Shown: positions 63,034-64,000 of the stretch, piece by piece
How positions within the stretch are numbered: the first letter of the stretch is position 1
Layout of the letters: each line of letters opens with the position of its first letter
NCBI GenBank assembly: GCA_963664405.1
Contig: OY761158.1
Span: 3,712,001-3,776,000 of the forward strand
Length of the DNA stretch: 64,000 nucleotides
Source: Thermoanaerobaculia bacterium
Lineage (GTDB): Bacteria > Acidobacteriota > Thermoanaerobaculia > Multivoradales > Multivoraceae
Reading direction: 5' to 3'
Translations under genes and position numbers: made by a program
The notes under the pieces: generated by a model
Told to the model about the DNA's origin: nothing
The model's database searches: none
What the model saw: the letters and a program-made list of their open reading frames with translations, nothing else

Positions 63034-64000
<967 letters not shown>

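Overview
GC-rich bacterial chromosome segment. The gene content (Oar-like TonB-dependent receptor, CRTAC1/ASPIC-UnbV and TPR lipoproteins) suggests Acidobacteriota, possibly Thermoanaerobaculia; this is inference. In order: a sugar-nucleotide/glycosyltransferase block with an unusually long GlmS; a complete but interrupted LysW-dependent alpha-aminoadipate lysine pathway (hcs, lysT, lysU, homoisocitrate dehydrogenase, lysW, X, Y, Z, J, K) behind a sigma70 promoter, Lys/Arg leader peptide and terminator; a NifA-like sigma54 activator; a frameshifted Lhr helicase; a TonB receptor with 3 CRTAC1 and 3 TPR genes; DUF3604; an Fe-S accessory module (SagB-like, Rieske, ferredoxin, SufR-like, PCD, nuoB, truncated nuoC, Mrp-DUF971) between an IS5 remnant and a 4-tRNA cluster; a nested mobile structure (CTAG hairpin element, then IS1380 with 13-15 bp direct repeats, containing a four-gene IS21); tRNA-Asn, pckA, thiI, acs and the start of an Rrf2-suf operon. 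All product calls come from motif recognition by eye, not from database searches.
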